A program made the translations under genes and the position numbers. A stretch of DNA of 64,000 nt from Clostridia bacterium. Lineage in GTDB: Bacteria; Bacillota; Clostridia; Oscillospirales; Ruminococcaceae. Every line of letters starts with the position of its first letter. The first letter of the stretch is position 1. Under the pieces are notes generated by a model. It did not search any database and was not told where the DNA came from. It saw only the letters and a program-made list of their open reading frames with translations. This document shows, piece by piece, positions 34,301 through 46,888 of this stretch. Location: assembly GCA_021152595.1 (NCBI GenBank), contig JAGKVC010000001.1:7380-71379 (forward strand), read 5' to 3'.

Positions 34301-35793
34301 ATTTCTATCCGGAATTTGAAGTGGAGCGCAATGACAGCCGGTGCATCCGCTGTCGTGTCTGTGAACGACAGTGTGCCAATGAGGTACACTGGTTTGATGC
34401 AGACGGAAAGGTGATGCTCTCCGATGAATCAAAGTGCGTGAACTGTCAGCGCTGCGTGACGCTGTGTCCGACCAGAGCGCTGAAAATTGTCAAGAGCGAC
34501 TGCCGTCTGCGCGAGAATGCAAATTACTCCGATCAGACGATCAAGGAGATCTACCGGCAGGCGGAGACCGGCGGTGTGCTGCTCTCCTCGATGGGCAATC
34601 CGAATCCGCTGCCGGTTTACTGGGACAAGATCCTGATCAACGCCTCGCAGGTAACGAATCCGCCGATTGATCCGCTGCGTGAGCCGATGGAAACGCGCGT
34701 GTTCCTCGGCAAAAAGCCCAAGCATATCCGCCGCAATGCGGACGGTACGCTCGATACAAAGCTCGCGCCGCAGCTGACGCTCAGCATGCCGGTGATGTTC
34801 TCCGCGATGAGCTACGGTTCGATCAGCTACAATGCGCACGCATCCCTTGCGAGAGCCGCAACCGCGCTCGGCATCTATTACAATACCGGTGAGGGCGGTC
34901 TGCATGAGGACTTCTATCAGTACGGCAAAAACACGATCGTGCAGGTCGCATCGGGCAGATTCGGCGTGCATAAGGATTATCTCGAAGCCGGTGCTGCAAT
35001 CGAAATCAAAATGGGACAGGGTGCAAAGCCCGGCATCGGCGGACATCTGCCCGGCACCAAAGCGGTCGGCGATGTCTCCAAGACGCGCATGATCCCCGAG
35101 GGCAGCGACGCGATTTCTCCTGCTCCGCATCACGATATTTATTCGATCGAGGATCTGCGGCAGCTTGTCTATTCGCTGAAAGAGGCGACCGAATACCGCC
35201 TGCCGGTGATTGTCAAGGTCGCGGCGGTTCACAATATTGCGGCGATTGCAAGCGGCATTGCGCGCAGCGGCGCGGATATCATTGCAATCGACGGCTTCCG
35301 CGGCGGTACCGGTGCAGCTCCGACGAGAATCCGCGACAATGTCGGCATTCCGATTGAGCTGGCACTTGCGGCGGTTGATAAGCGGCTGCGTGATGAGGGC
35401 ATCCGCAACAATGTTTCGATCGTCTGCGGCGGTTCGATCCGTTCGGCTGCGGATGTGGTCAAGGCAATCGCACTGGGCGCGGATGCGTGCTATATTGCGA
35501 CGGCGGCATGTCTTGCAATGGGATGTCACCTGTGCCGGAGCTGCCACACGGGCAAGTGCAACTGGGGTATTGCGACGCAGCGGCCGGATCTTGTCAAGCG
35601 TCTGAATCCGGATATCGGATCGGAGCGGCTGATCAATCTGATGAACGCATGGCGGCATGAGATCAAGGAGCTGATGGGCGGCATGGGCATCAATTCGATC
35701 GAGGCACTGCGCGGAAACCGTCTGATGCTGCGCGGCGTCGGGCTGACCGGAAAAGAGCTTGAGATCCTCGGAATCTCGCATGCAGGTGAATAA
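34297..35793 (+). CDS. Glutamate synthase FMN/central domain subunit with N-terminal 2x[4Fe-4S] ferredoxin module
   Basis: CIRCRVCERQC and CVNCQRCVTLCP, followed by a GltS FMN-barrel pattern (GEGG, KPGIGGHLPG, GGTGAAP). It overlaps the upstream gene by 4 nt. Confidence 0.85.
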   Translation: MNFYPEFEVERNDSRCIRCRVCERQCANEVHWFDADGKVMLSDESKCVNCQRCVTLCPTRALKIVKSDCRLRENANYSDQTIKEIYRQAETGGVLLSSMGNPNPLPVYWDKILINASQVTNPPIDPLREPMETRVFLGKKPKHIRRNADGTLDTKLAPQLTLSMPVMFSAMSYGSISYNAHASLARAATALGIYYNTGEGGLHEDFYQYGKNTIVQVASGRFGVHKDYLEAGAAIEIKMGQGAKPGIGGHLPGTKAVGDVSKTRMIPEGSDAISPAPHHDIYSIEDLRQLVYSLKEATEYRLPVIVKVAAVHNIAAIASGIARSGADIIAIDGFRGGTGAAPTRIRDNVGIPIELALAAVDKRLRDEGIRNNVSIVCGGSIRSAADVVKAIALGADACYIATAACLAMGCHLCRSCHTGKCNWGIATQRPDLVKRLNPDIGSERLINLMNAWRHEIKELMGGMGINSIEALRGNRLMLRGVGLTGKELEILGISHAGE

Positions 35794-35806
35794 GGCGGTG
35801 TGAAGG

Positions 35807-36259
35807 ATGAAACGAATCTATGTGAAAGAGGAATGGTGCCTCGGGTGCCATTTGTGTGAATATAACTGCGCATTTGCCAATTCCGGTCTGACGGATATGG
35901 TCAAGGCGCTGCGGGACAAGCCGATCTATCCGCGCATTCAGGTCGAGACCGACGAAAACGGCGTAACCTATGCGGTTTCCTGCCGGCACTGTACGGATCC
36001 GATCTGTGTCAAGAGCTGTATTGCAGGCGCACTCTCGAAGAAGGACGGCGTCATTGAGATTGACCACAGCAAATGTGTCGGCTGCCTGACCTGTGTACTG
36101 GTCTGCCCTTATGGCGCGGTGGTCGAGGACGGCAGCGGCGTTGCGCAGAAATGTGAGCTGTGCATGAAGAATTCCTGCGGTGCGCCTGCCTGCGTCAAGG
36201 GATGTCCGAACGGCGCGATTGTCTATGAGGAGCGGCAGGCCGTGCCTGCATCCGATTGA
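35807..36259 (+). CDS. 4Fe-4S dicluster ferredoxin-domain protein
   Basis: Motifs CLGCHLCEYNC, CRHCTDPICV, CVGCLTCVLVCP and CELC..C..CP. Confidence 0.8.
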   Translation: MKRIYVKEEWCLGCHLCEYNCAFANSGLTDMVKALRDKPIYPRIQVETDENGVTYAVSCRHCTDPICVKSCIAGALSKKDGVIEIDHSKCVGCLTCVLVCPYGAVVEDGSGVAQKCELCMKNSCGAPACVKGCPNGAIVYEERQAVPASD

Positions 36260-36321
36260 CAGCGCAGGAAACGAAGCTGCTGTTATCAGACCGATCCCGT
36301 AATCGGGAATGGAGGAAAACA

Positions 36322-37560
36322 ATGAAACACTATGTTATAATCGGAAACGGTGTCGCTGCTGCCGGATGTATCGAAGGCATCCGATCTGTTGATACAGAGA
36401 GCAGCATCACGGTCATTTCCGCGGAGCAGCATCCGGTTTACTGCCGTCCGCTGATCTCCTATTATCTCGAGCAGAAAACCGATCCGGAGCGCATGAACTA
36501 CCGCACTCCGACGTTCTATGCGGATCACGGTGTGACAGTGCTGTACGGTAAAACTGCTGAGAAAATCGACGCCGGTACGCGGCAGGTCACGCTGAATACA
36601 GGCGAGACGCTGCCCTTTGATGCACTCTGCAATGCGACGGGCTCTGCACCGTTTGTGCCGCCGATGAAGGGACTTGAAACGGTCAGGGAGCAGTTCACAT
36701 TCATGACGCTGGATGATGCGCTGTCGCTCGAGAAAGCAGTTACGCCGGAATCGAAAGTGCTGATCATCGGCGCCGGACTGATCGGACTGAAATGCGCAGA
36801 GGGACTGCATGACCGCGTCAGAGAGATCACAGTCTGTGATCTTGCGCCGCGCGTGCTGTCTTCAATTCTCGATGAGACCTGTGCGGCAATGATGCAGAAG
36901 CATCTGGAGGCAAACGGCATCGAATTCCTGCTCGGAAACAGTGCAAAGGAATTCAAGGGCAATACGGCGATCATGCAGAACGGCGATAAGGTCGATTTCG
37001 ATGTGCTGGTGCTGGCTGTCGGCGTCCGCCCGAATACCGCACTGATTAAGAATGCAGGCGGCGATGTCAACCGCGGCATTCGCGTCGATGCGGCATGCCG
37101 GACAAGCCTGCCGGAGATCTACGCTGCCGGAGACTGCACCGAATATCGGGATATCTCCGCAGATACGGATAAAATCATGGCGCTGATGCCGAATGCCTAT
37201 ATGCAGGGGCATACCGCAGGCGTCAATATGGCAGGCGGAGAAGCAGTATTTGATCAGGCGATCCCGATGAATTCGATCGGCTTTTTCGGTCTGCACTGCC
37301 ATACCGCAGGCTCTCAGCCGGAGGGCTGCGAAATGTACGAAGAAGCGGACGAAAAACACATCAAGCGGCTGTTCGTCAAGGATGATAAGCTGACGGGCTT
37401 CATGCTGATCGGGCATATGCACAGAACCGGCATCTATACCGCGCTGATCCGCAATCAGACGCCGCTTTCCACGGTCGATTTTGCGCGTCTGAAGCTCGAA
37501 CCGCAGCTTGCGGCGATGGGCAGTGCCTACCGCAGCAAAGTGCTGAAAGGAGTGGTCTGA
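36322..37560 (+). CDS. FAD/NAD(P)-dependent pyridine nucleotide-disulfide oxidoreductase (GltD-like electron-input subunit)
   Basis: Rossmann motifs IIGNGVAAAG and IIGAGLIGLKCAE, plus AAGDC. RBS GGAGGA. Confidence 0.8.
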   Translation: MKHYVIIGNGVAAAGCIEGIRSVDTESSITVISAEQHPVYCRPLISYYLEQKTDPERMNYRTPTFYADHGVTVLYGKTAEKIDAGTRQVTLNTGETLPFDALCNATGSAPFVPPMKGLETVREQFTFMTLDDALSLEKAVTPESKVLIIGAGLIGLKCAEGLHDRVREITVCDLAPRVLSSILDETCAAMMQKHLEANGIEFLLGNSAKEFKGNTAIMQNGDKVDFDVLVLAVGVRPNTALIKNAGGDVNRGIRVDAACRTSLPEIYAAGDCTEYRDISADTDKIMALMPNAYMQGHTAGVNMAGGEAVFDQAIPMNSIGFFGLHCHTAGSQPEGCEMYEEADEKHIKRLFVKDDKLTGFMLIGHMHRTGIYTALIRNQTPLSTVDFARLKLEPQLAAMGSAYRSKVLKGVV

Positions 37561-37561
37561 A

Positions 37562-39896
<2,335 letters not shown>

Positions 39897-39897
39897 T

Positions 39898-41499
39898 ATG
39901 GGGAATTTACATGAAGAATGCGGGCGGACCGTGTCCGCATCCGTTTCTGTTCACGACAGTCTCGGAGAAAAACAGGAAGTGCTGTTCTCTGATAAACTGC
40001 ACGAAGAATGCGGGCGGACAGTGTCCGCATCCATTTCTATTCACGACAGTCTCGGAGAAAAACAGGAAGTGCTGTTCTCTGATAAACTGCACGAAGAATG
40101 CGGTGTTTTCGGTATCATGACACCGCAGCCGGAGGACCTTGCGCACCTGACCTACTGCGGATTATTTGCATTGCAGCACCGCGGTCAGGAGGGCTGCGGC
40201 ATCACCGTCAACGATGACGGGATGTTCACAACGCATAAGGATCTCGGGCTGGCGGAGCATGTTTTTACGCCGCAGGTGCTCGGCAGCTTTCCGCACGGCA
40301 CCGCCGCAATCGGACATACGCGCTACGGCACAACAGGCGGCAGTCAGCGCCGGAACTGTCAGCCGATGGAGGTCAATCACCAGAAGGGCAAGATGGCGCT
40401 TGTCCACAACGGCAATCTCAGCAACGCCGCCGTACTCCGCAGCGCACTGGAGCAGCGCGGCGCGATCTTCCACACAACAAGCGATACCGAGATCATTGCC
40501 TATATCATCACGCAGGCGCGGCTGCAAACGGATTCCATTGAGGATGCGGTGCGCATTGCCGTTTCCCAGCTTGAGGGCGCATTTTCGATGATTGTCATGT
40601 CCGCGCAGAAGCTCATTGCAGTGCGTGATCCGCACGGATTCCGTCCGCTGTGCATCGGGACACTGCCGGACGGCGGCTATGTTTTTGCCTCGGAAAGCTG
40701 TGCGCTGCCGGCAGTCGGGGCGGCGTTTCTGCGCGATCTCGAACCCGGCGAAATGATCGTTCTGACACCGGAAGGAAAGCTGATTTCCGACCGGCGCTTT
40801 GTGCGTACAGCCCCGAAAACGATCTGTATTTTTGAATATATCTATTTTGCACGGCCGGATTCGGTGCTGGACGGAGTCTCGGTGCATGCCGCGCGCAAAC
40901 GGGCAGGCGCACTGCTTGCGGAGGCGTATCCGGCGGATGCGGATGTTGTGATCGGTGTACCGGATTCCGGTCTGGATGCGGCGCTCGGCTATGCGCAGGC
41001 TTCCGGTATTCCGTATGGCATCGGACTGATCAAAAATAAGTACATCGGACGGACATTCATTGCCCCGACGCAGTCCGAGCGTGTCAGTGCGGTGCGCTTG
41101 AAGCTCAGCCCGATCCGTGAGACGGTTGAGGGTAAGCGCATTGTCCTGATCGACGATTCGATTGTCCGCGGCACGACAAGCCGCCGGATTGTATCGCTGC
41201 TGCGCGATGCCGGTGCGAAGAAGATTCACATGCGCATATCATCGCCGCCGTTTTTGCATCCCTGCTATTACGGCACGGATATTGATTCCGAGGAAAATCT
41301 GATTGCCTGTCACCACAGCGTACCGGAGATTGCGGAGATGATCGGTGCGGATTCGCTCGGCTTTCTGCCTGCGGAGGTACTGCCGCAGCTTGCCTGTTCG
41401 GAGGAGATCTGCACGGCATGCTTTTCCGGAGATTATCCGACCGCAGTACCGCAGAGCGGCAGCAAAAACCGCTTTGAACAGAAATTGCATGCAGGTTAA
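39898..41499 (+). CDS. purF: Amidophosphoribosyltransferase with an abnormally long (~69-aa) propeptide containing a 90-bp tandem repeat
   Basis: Ntn nucleophile context LHEECGVFGI, PRPP motif VLIDDSIVRGTT, and C-terminal Fe-S Cys ligands. Confidence 0.9.
   Translation: MGNLHEECGRTVSASVSVHDSLGEKQEVLFSDKLHEECGRTVSASISIHDSLGEKQEVLFSDKLHEECGVFGIMTPQPEDLAHLTYCGLFALQHRGQEGCGITVNDDGMFTTHKDLGLAEHVFTPQVLGSFPHGTAAIGHTRYGTTGGSQRRNCQPMEVNHQKGKMALVHNGNLSNAAVLRSALEQRGAIFHTTSDTEIIAYIITQARLQTDSIEDAVRIAVSQLEGAFSMIVMSAQKLIAVRDPHGFRPLCIGTLPDGGYVFASESCALPAVGAAFLRDLEPGEMIVLTPEGKLISDRRFVRTAPKTICIFEYIYFARPDSVLDGVSVHAARKRAGALLAEAYPADADVVIGVPDSGLDAALGYAQASGIPYGIGLIKNKYIGRTFIAPTQSERVSAVRLKLSPIRETVEGKRIVLIDDSIVRGTTSRRIVSLLRDAGAKKIHMRISSPPFLHPCYYGTDIDSEENLIACHHSVPEIAEMIGADSLGFLPAEVLPQLACSEEICTACFSGDYPTAVPQSGSKNRFEQKLHAG
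39907..40103 (+). repeat. Tandem repeat, 90-bp unit x 2 plus a 14-nt third start, in frame within the purF 5' end
   Basis: Units start at 39910 and 40000 and differ at only a few positions. Each ends with CTGCACGAAGAATGCGG, which recurs at 40087-40103 as the true purF Cys context. Confidence 0.9.
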
Positions 41500-41545
41500 G
41501 GAAAATTTTTCTGCATGCCCCGCTTTCCTCTTCTTTTTACCGGTT
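41487..41545 (+). terminator. Possible terminator after purF
   Basis: GCATGCAG-16 nt-CTGCATGC forms an 8-bp stem whose loop spans the stop codon, followed by a T-rich tract. Confidence 0.35.
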
Positions 41546-41605
41546 GACAATTTGCGCCGGATATGATACGATATAATGTAAACCACCTGCAAAGGAGTTG
41601 TTTCT

Positions 41606-42832
41606 ATGCTGACTGTTTCCCAGAGAGAGGCGCTGGAGCTGATCGAAGCGGATGATATCAAATTTGTCCGGCTTGCCTTCTGCGATGTCTACGGTGTCCA
41701 GAAGAATGTTTCGATTCAGGCTTCCGAACTCGAACGCGCCTTTACATCCGGCATTGCATTTGATGCGTCCTCGATCAGCGGCTTCGGCGATCCCTCGCAT
41801 TCCGATCTGCTGCTGTTCCCCGATCCCGCGACCGTGATGCTGCTGCCGTGGCGTCCTTCCAGAGGCGGTGTTGCACGCTTTTTCTGCGATATCCGTACAC
41901 CGGACGGCAAGCCCTTTTCCTCGGACTGCCGCAGCTATCTTGCGGAGACAGAGCGTCTGCTTTTGCAGCATGATCTTTGCTGTGCATTCGGCTCTGAGTG
42001 CGAATTCTATCTGTTCAAATGCGATGAGAACGGCAATCCGACCGATACGCCGCTTGACCGCGCAGGCTATTTTGATATTGCGCCGGGGGACTGCGGCGAA
42101 AATGTCCGCAGAGAGATCTGCCTGACGCTCGAATCCATGGGAATCCAGCCTGAGCGCTCGCACCATGAGCAGGGACCGGGACAGAATGAGATTGATTTCC
42201 GGTACAGCACCGCGCTCAATGCCGCGGATAATGTCATTACATTCAAGCAGGTTGTCAGCACGATTGCAGCGCGAAACGGCTTGTGGGCATCCTTTCTGCC
42301 GAAGCCCATTGCGGATGCACCGGGCAACGGCTTCCATATGAATATTTCGCTGGTCCGCGCCTCTGACGGTCAGGTTCCGGAGGATGCGGTCAATCAGGCA
42401 TTCATGGCAGGCATTATGGCGCATACGCCCGAGCTGACGGCGGTACTGAATCCGCTGGAAAGCTCCTATCAGCGCCTCGGAAAAGAGAAAGCCCCCGACC
42501 GCGTTTCGTGGTCGCCGAATAACCGCTCGCAGCTCATCCGCATTCCGGCTGCGGATGCACTGCATCAGCGCATCGAGCTTCGTTCTCCGGATGCGTCTGC
42601 AAATCCCTATCTTGCGTTTGCGCTTGTCATCCGTGCAGGGCTTGACGGCATCCTGCAAAAGATGACGCCCCCTGCCCCCTGCGATCTCGATCTGCTGCAA
42701 TGTCCCGAGGAGGTGCGCCGGCAGTATCCGGCTCTCCCGAAGGATCTTGCAGAGGCGCGCAGACTGCTCGGCGAAAGCGAATTTATCAGGGAAGCGCTGC
42801 CTGCACATCTGTTCAGCGCGTATACAGCGTAA
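41606..42832 (+). CDS. glnA: Glutamine synthetase family protein (short, type-I-like, 408 aa)
   Basis: It has a beta-grasp N-domain (IKFVRLAFCDVYG) and catalytic-domain motifs (HHEQGPGQNEIDF, GNGFHMNISL, NRSQLIRIP). Confidence 0.8.
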   Translation: MLTVSQREALELIEADDIKFVRLAFCDVYGVQKNVSIQASELERAFTSGIAFDASSISGFGDPSHSDLLLFPDPATVMLLPWRPSRGGVARFFCDIRTPDGKPFSSDCRSYLAETERLLLQHDLCCAFGSECEFYLFKCDENGNPTDTPLDRAGYFDIAPGDCGENVRREICLTLESMGIQPERSHHEQGPGQNEIDFRYSTALNAADNVITFKQVVSTIAARNGLWASFLPKPIADAPGNGFHMNISLVRASDGQVPEDAVNQAFMAGIMAHTPELTAVLNPLESSYQRLGKEKAPDRVSWSPNNRSQLIRIPAADALHQRIELRSPDASANPYLAFALVIRAGLDGILQKMTPPAPCDLDLLQCPEEVRRQYPALPKDLAEARRLLGESEFIREALPAHLFSAYTA

Positions 42833-42835
42833 ATT

Positions 42836-43429
42836 ATGCTGAGCCGGTATGAGCCGAAAGAGGTTTTCGTCATTTCCTCGAATGAGAATTTTCAGCGCTA
42901 TGTAACTGAAAATCTCCCCGACCGTGATTATACCGTTGTCGGTGAAGCGCATTCCTGTACGGAGGCGCGGCAAAAAATGATGGGCAGAGGATATGCCGTG
43001 GTGCTTATCAATATTCCGCTCTCAGATGAATGCGGCACGGAGCTTGCAAGCGATCTTGCAGAGAATACTTCGGGTGCCGTTGTCGCGGTTGTGAAGCATG
43101 AGCAGGAGGCCGAGATGCGGCAGTATCTGGAACCGTTCGGGATTTTTGTCCTCGGCAGACCGTTTCCGCATTCCTCGTTTCATCAGGTGATGTACGATGC
43201 GGCATCTGCACATGCGAGAATGAAGATCATCGCCAGCGAAAATCAGCGGCTCCAGACAAAGCTGCTTGATCTGCGGATCATCAACCGCGCCAAGTGGGTG
43301 CTGATCCAGTATCTCGGGATGAATGAGGAGCAGGCACATAAGTATATCGAGCAGCAGGCGATGAATATGCGCATCCCCAAGCGGACCGCTGCGGAAAATA
43401 TCCTAAAAACCTATGAGCAGCAGGGGTAA
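42836..43429 (+). CDS. ANTAR-domain RNA-binding antiterminator with an atypical receiver (Asp position reads Asn)
   Basis: The C-terminus RIINRAKWVLIQYLGMNEEQAHKYIEQQAMNMRIPKRTAAENIL is an ANTAR signature. The receiver-like N-terminus reads VVLINIPLSDECG. Confidence 0.8.
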   Translation: MLSRYEPKEVFVISSNENFQRYVTENLPDRDYTVVGEAHSCTEARQKMMGRGYAVVLINIPLSDECGTELASDLAENTSGAVVAVVKHEQEAEMRQYLEPFGIFVLGRPFPHSSFHQVMYDAASAHARMKIIASENQRLQTKLLDLRIINRAKWVLIQYLGMNEEQAHKYIEQQAMNMRIPKRTAAENILKTYEQQG

Positions 43430-43473
43430 AATCCAGTGAAAACGCAAAACTTTGTGAATTTCTTGTCAATCTA

Positions 43474-43502
43474 TTGACATTTGCCGGAAAATATGCTATC
43501 AT
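43474..43502 (+). promoter_or_regulatory. Candidate sigma-A promoter upstream of the GS type III gene
   Basis: TTGACA - 17 nt - TATCAT. Confidence 0.55.
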
Positions 43503-43513
43503 GTAACACAGAA

Positions 43514-43570
43514 AACAGCAATGGCGCTGTTTCGGGTAGATTCCCGAAATGCCATTGCTGTTTTTTTGTT
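43514..43570 (+). terminator. Leader terminator (12-bp stem + U-run) enclosing an inner hexaloop hairpin. It is a candidate ANTAR-controlled attenuator, or alternatively the terminator of the ANTAR gene.
   Basis: AACAGCAATGGC...GCCATTGCTGTT is followed by TTTTTTGTTT. The inner hairpin is TTTCGGG-TAGATT-CCCGAAA. Confidence 0.6.
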
Positions 43571-43642
43571 TATCAGTCTGAAGGCTGCCGTTCGGAAAGA
43601 ACGGCTGTCCGCCGGACAGGAAATCAGAAAGGAAGAATTACT

Positions 43643-45712
43643 ATGAAACCGACTGATGTATTCGGAAGCCTTGTATTCAATGATGCCGTGATGCAGGAAC
43701 GCCTGCCGAAGGCTGTTTACCGTTCCATTCACGAGACCATCGCAAACGGCAAGGATCTCGATCCGACCGTCGCGGATGTTGTCGCAAGCGCAATGCGCGA
43801 ATGGGCTGTTGAACACGGCGCAACGCACTTCACACACTGGTTCCAGCCGATGACCGGCATCACCGCGGAGAAGCACGACAGCTTCCTTTCGCCGGACGGT
43901 GAAGGCGGTGCAATCCTTGAATTCTCCGGCAAGGAGCTGATCAAGGGCGAGCCGGATGCATCCTCGTTCCCCTCGGGCGGACTGCGCGCAACCTTCGAGG
44001 CGCGCGGCTATACGGCATGGGATCCGACATCCTATGCATTCATCAAGGAAAACAGCCTGTGCATCCCGACAGCTTTCTATTCCTACAGCGGCGAGGCGCT
44101 CGATAAGAAAACGCCGCTCCTGCGCTCGATGGAGGCTGTCAGCAATGAAGCGGTCAAGCTGCTGCATCTGCTCGGCTTTGCGGATGTACAGCGTGTCACC
44201 GGAACGGTCGGTCCGGAGCAGGAGTATTTCCTCATCGACCGCGCACTTGCCAAGCAGCGCAAGGATCTGATTTTCACCGGCAGAACGCTCTTCGGCGCAA
44301 AGGCACCGAAAGGTCAGGAGATGGAGGATCACTATTTCGGCGTGATCCGTCCGCGCGTACAGGCGTTCATGGAGGAGCTGAACGAGGAACTCTGGAAGCT
44401 AGGTATCTATGCAAAGACCGAGCATAACGAGGTCGCACCGGCACAGCATGAGCTGGCTCCGGTCTATACGACAATGAACATCGCCTGCGACCACAATCAG
44501 CTCACAATGGAGATCATGAAGAAGGTCGCGGAAAAGCACGGTCTCATGTGCCTGCTGCACGAGAAGCCCTTTGCAGGCGTCAACGGCTCGGGCAAGCACA
44601 ATAACTGGTCGCTCTCGACCGATACCGGCATCAATCTCTTTGCACCGGGCAAGACACCGGAGCGCAAGCGCCTGTTCCTGCTGATGGTTGCAGCAGTTGT
44701 TGCGGCGGTGGACGAGCATCAGGATCTGCTGCGGATGTCGGTTGCATCGGCAGGCAATGATCACCGCCTCGGCGCGAATGAAGCACCGCCTGCAATCGTT
44801 TCGGTCTATCTCGGCGATGATCTCCAGCTCCAGCTCGAGGCCGCTGCGGAGGGCAGAGATGAGCATAAGCACCGCGAAACGCTCGCAACCGGCGTGCATG
44901 TTCTGCCGGACTTCAAAAAGGATACATCCGACCGCAACCGTACCTCCCCGATGGCATTCACCGGCAACAAATTCGAGTTCCGGATGCTCGGCTCGGAGAA
45001 TTCGATCGCAGATACCAATATCGCACTGAATACGATCTTTGCCGAGGCGCTGAACAATTTTGCAGCGCGTCTTGAGCAGGCAGAGGATGTTGCCGCAGAG
45101 GTGCAGAAGATTCTCGCAGATACGCTCAAGGAGCACGGCAGAATCATCTTCAACGGCAACAATTATTCGCAGGAATGGGTTGCGGAAGCTGAGCAGCGCG
45201 GTCTGCTGAATCTCAAGACAACCGCCGACGCAATGCACGCATTCGCAACGGAGAAGAACGTCGCACTGTTTAAGAAGTTCGGTGTTTACAATCACAGCGA
45301 GGTCGTTTCGCGCAAGGATATTCTGCTGGAAAATTATACCAAGCTCATTGCAATCGAAGCGAATACCATGATCGACATGGCAAAGACGCAGATCCTGCCT
45401 GCCGGTTTTGCATACGGCGAATCGCTCGCAGAATATGCCGTCAAGAAGAAGTCGCTCGGCATGCAGGGTGTTTCCGAGCAGGAGATGCTCCGCAGAGTCA
45501 GCGCGCTGACGGATGAAATCGCAGACAAGACCGAGGCGCTTGAGAATGTCATGCTCGGTCTCTACGATACAGAGCATCCCTCCTACTACTGCCGCGATTC
45601 GGTGATTCCGGCGATGAACGAGCTGCGTGCCGCTGCCGATCAGCTCGAGCCGCTGATGCCGCAGAAGTATCAGCCGTATCCGACCTATGCGGATCTGCTT
45701 TACAGCGTATAA
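43643..45712 (+). CDS. glnN: Glutamine synthetase type III
   Basis: ~689 aa, with GSIII-type N-terminus [20 protein letters not shown] and catalytic core [16 protein letters not shown]. Confidence 0.9.
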   Translation: MKPTDVFGSLVFNDAVMQERLPKAVYRSIHETIANGKDLDPTVADVVASAMREWAVEHGATHFTHWFQPMTGITAEKHDSFLSPDGEGGAILEFSGKELIKGEPDASSFPSGGLRATFEARGYTAWDPTSYAFIKENSLCIPTAFYSYSGEALDKKTPLLRSMEAVSNEAVKLLHLLGFADVQRVTGTVGPEQEYFLIDRALAKQRKDLIFTGRTLFGAKAPKGQEMEDHYFGVIRPRVQAFMEELNEELWKLGIYAKTEHNEVAPAQHELAPVYTTMNIACDHNQLTMEIMKKVAEKHGLMCLLHEKPFAGVNGSGKHNNWSLSTDTGINLFAPGKTPERKRLFLLMVAAVVAAVDEHQDLLRMSVASAGNDHRLGANEAPPAIVSVYLGDDLQLQLEAAAEGRDEHKHRETLATGVHVLPDFKKDTSDRNRTSPMAFTGNKFEFRMLGSENSIADTNIALNTIFAEALNNFAARLEQAEDVAAEVQKILADTLKEHGRIIFNGNNYSQEWVAEAEQRGLLNLKTTADAMHAFATEKNVALFKKFGVYNHSEVVSRKDILLENYTKLIAIEANTMIDMAKTQILPAGFAYGESLAEYAVKKKSLGMQGVSEQEMLRRVSALTDEIADKTEALENVMLGLYDTEHPSYYCRDSVIPAMNELRAAADQLEPLMPQKYQPYPTYADLLYSV

Positions 45713-45793
45713 AATCATAATCAGACGGTGCCGCATTGCCCAAAACGCAGTGCGGCTCGCCGTGTAAATTCAGGAAATGAGGAGGCTGACGGT

Positions 45794-46888
45794 ATGGAGC
45801 AGCAAAGTGGCTGTCTGGTGCTGGAAAACGGCATGGTTTTTCACGGAAAGCGGCTGGGCGCCAATCGGAATGTGATCGCAGAGGTGGTCTTTGCGACAGG
45901 GATGAACGGCTATCTTGAAACGCTGACCGATCCGAGTTATTTCGGTCAGGCGGTTGTGCAGACCTTTCCGCTGATCGGCAATTACGGGGTGATCGAAGAA
46001 GATTTTGAGGCGGCGCGTCCGGCGCTTTCGGCATATATCACGGCGGAATGCTGTACGGATCCCTCGAATTTTCGCTGCGGCGGCAGACTTGCGGACTGGC
46101 TTGCAGAGCAGGGGATTCCGGCGCTGACGGATGTGGATACGCGGACACTGACGCGCGTTCTGCGTGAGCACGGTACAATGAACGGCATGATCTGTGATGA
46201 TCCGGCGGAAGCTGATTTCGCAGCGGTCAAAGCATACCGCGTGCAGGATGCCGTGAAGCATACGACCTGTCAGGCAGCATTTTCGCTCGGGGAGCCCGAT
46301 GCAGCTTATCATGTGGCGCTGCTTGATTACGGCGCAAAGGCGAATATTGCGCGTTCACTGGTCAGGCGCGGCTGCCGTGTGACGGTGCTGCCTGCATACA
46401 CAACCTGCGGGGAGATTGCAGCGCTCCGTCCGGACGGCATCATGCTCTCGAACGGCGCAGGCGATCCGGCGGATAATCCGGAGATCATCGCGGAGCTGCA
46501 AAAGATCATGCAGCTCGGCATTCCGATCATGGCGATCTGCCTCGGGCATCAGCTTCTGGCACTTGCAAACGGCATCCGGACGGTAAAGCTCAAATTTGGT
46601 CACCGCGGCGCAAATCAGCCGGTTCTGAATCTGGAAACGAAGCGCATGGCGGTCACGACGCAGAATCACGGCTATCAGGTGCAGTACGATCCGGAGGATG
46701 CGCACTGCCGCGAGACCGCAGATCTGCTCTTTGTCAACCTCAATGACAATACCTGCGAGGGACTCCGCTACCGCAATATTCCGGCAGTCTCGGTGCAGTT
46801 TCATCCGGAGGCATGTGCAGGTCCGCAGGATACGGAATATCTCTTTGATGAATTCGTGCAGAGAATGGAGGAACAGAAATGCCGCTGA
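45794..46888 (+). CDS. carA: Carbamoyl-phosphate synthase small (glutaminase) subunit
   Basis: EVVFATGMNGYLETLTDPSY and GATase nucleophile ICLGHQLL, plus HPE. AGGAGG RBS. Confidence 0.9.
   Translation: MEQQSGCLVLENGMVFHGKRLGANRNVIAEVVFATGMNGYLETLTDPSYFGQAVVQTFPLIGNYGVIEEDFEAARPALSAYITAECCTDPSNFRCGGRLADWLAEQGIPALTDVDTRTLTRVLREHGTMNGMICDDPAEADFAAVKAYRVQDAVKHTTCQAAFSLGEPDAAYHVALLDYGAKANIARSLVRRGCRVTVLPAYTTCGEIAALRPDGIMLSNGAGDPADNPEIIAELQKIMQLGIPIMAICLGHQLLALANGIRTVKLKFGHRGANQPVLNLETKRMAVTTQNHGYQVQYDPEDAHCRETADLLFVNLNDNTCEGLRYRNIPAVSVQFHPEACAGPQDTEYLFDEFVQRMEEQKCR

Noticed and set aside
39907-40146. Repeat-containing small ORFs (39911..40120 + and 39907..40146 -), and the possibility of a CRISPR-like array.
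   Set aside because: They are frame artefacts of the 90-bp tandem duplication inside purF. The units are directly adjacent with no spacers, and no cas genes are present.
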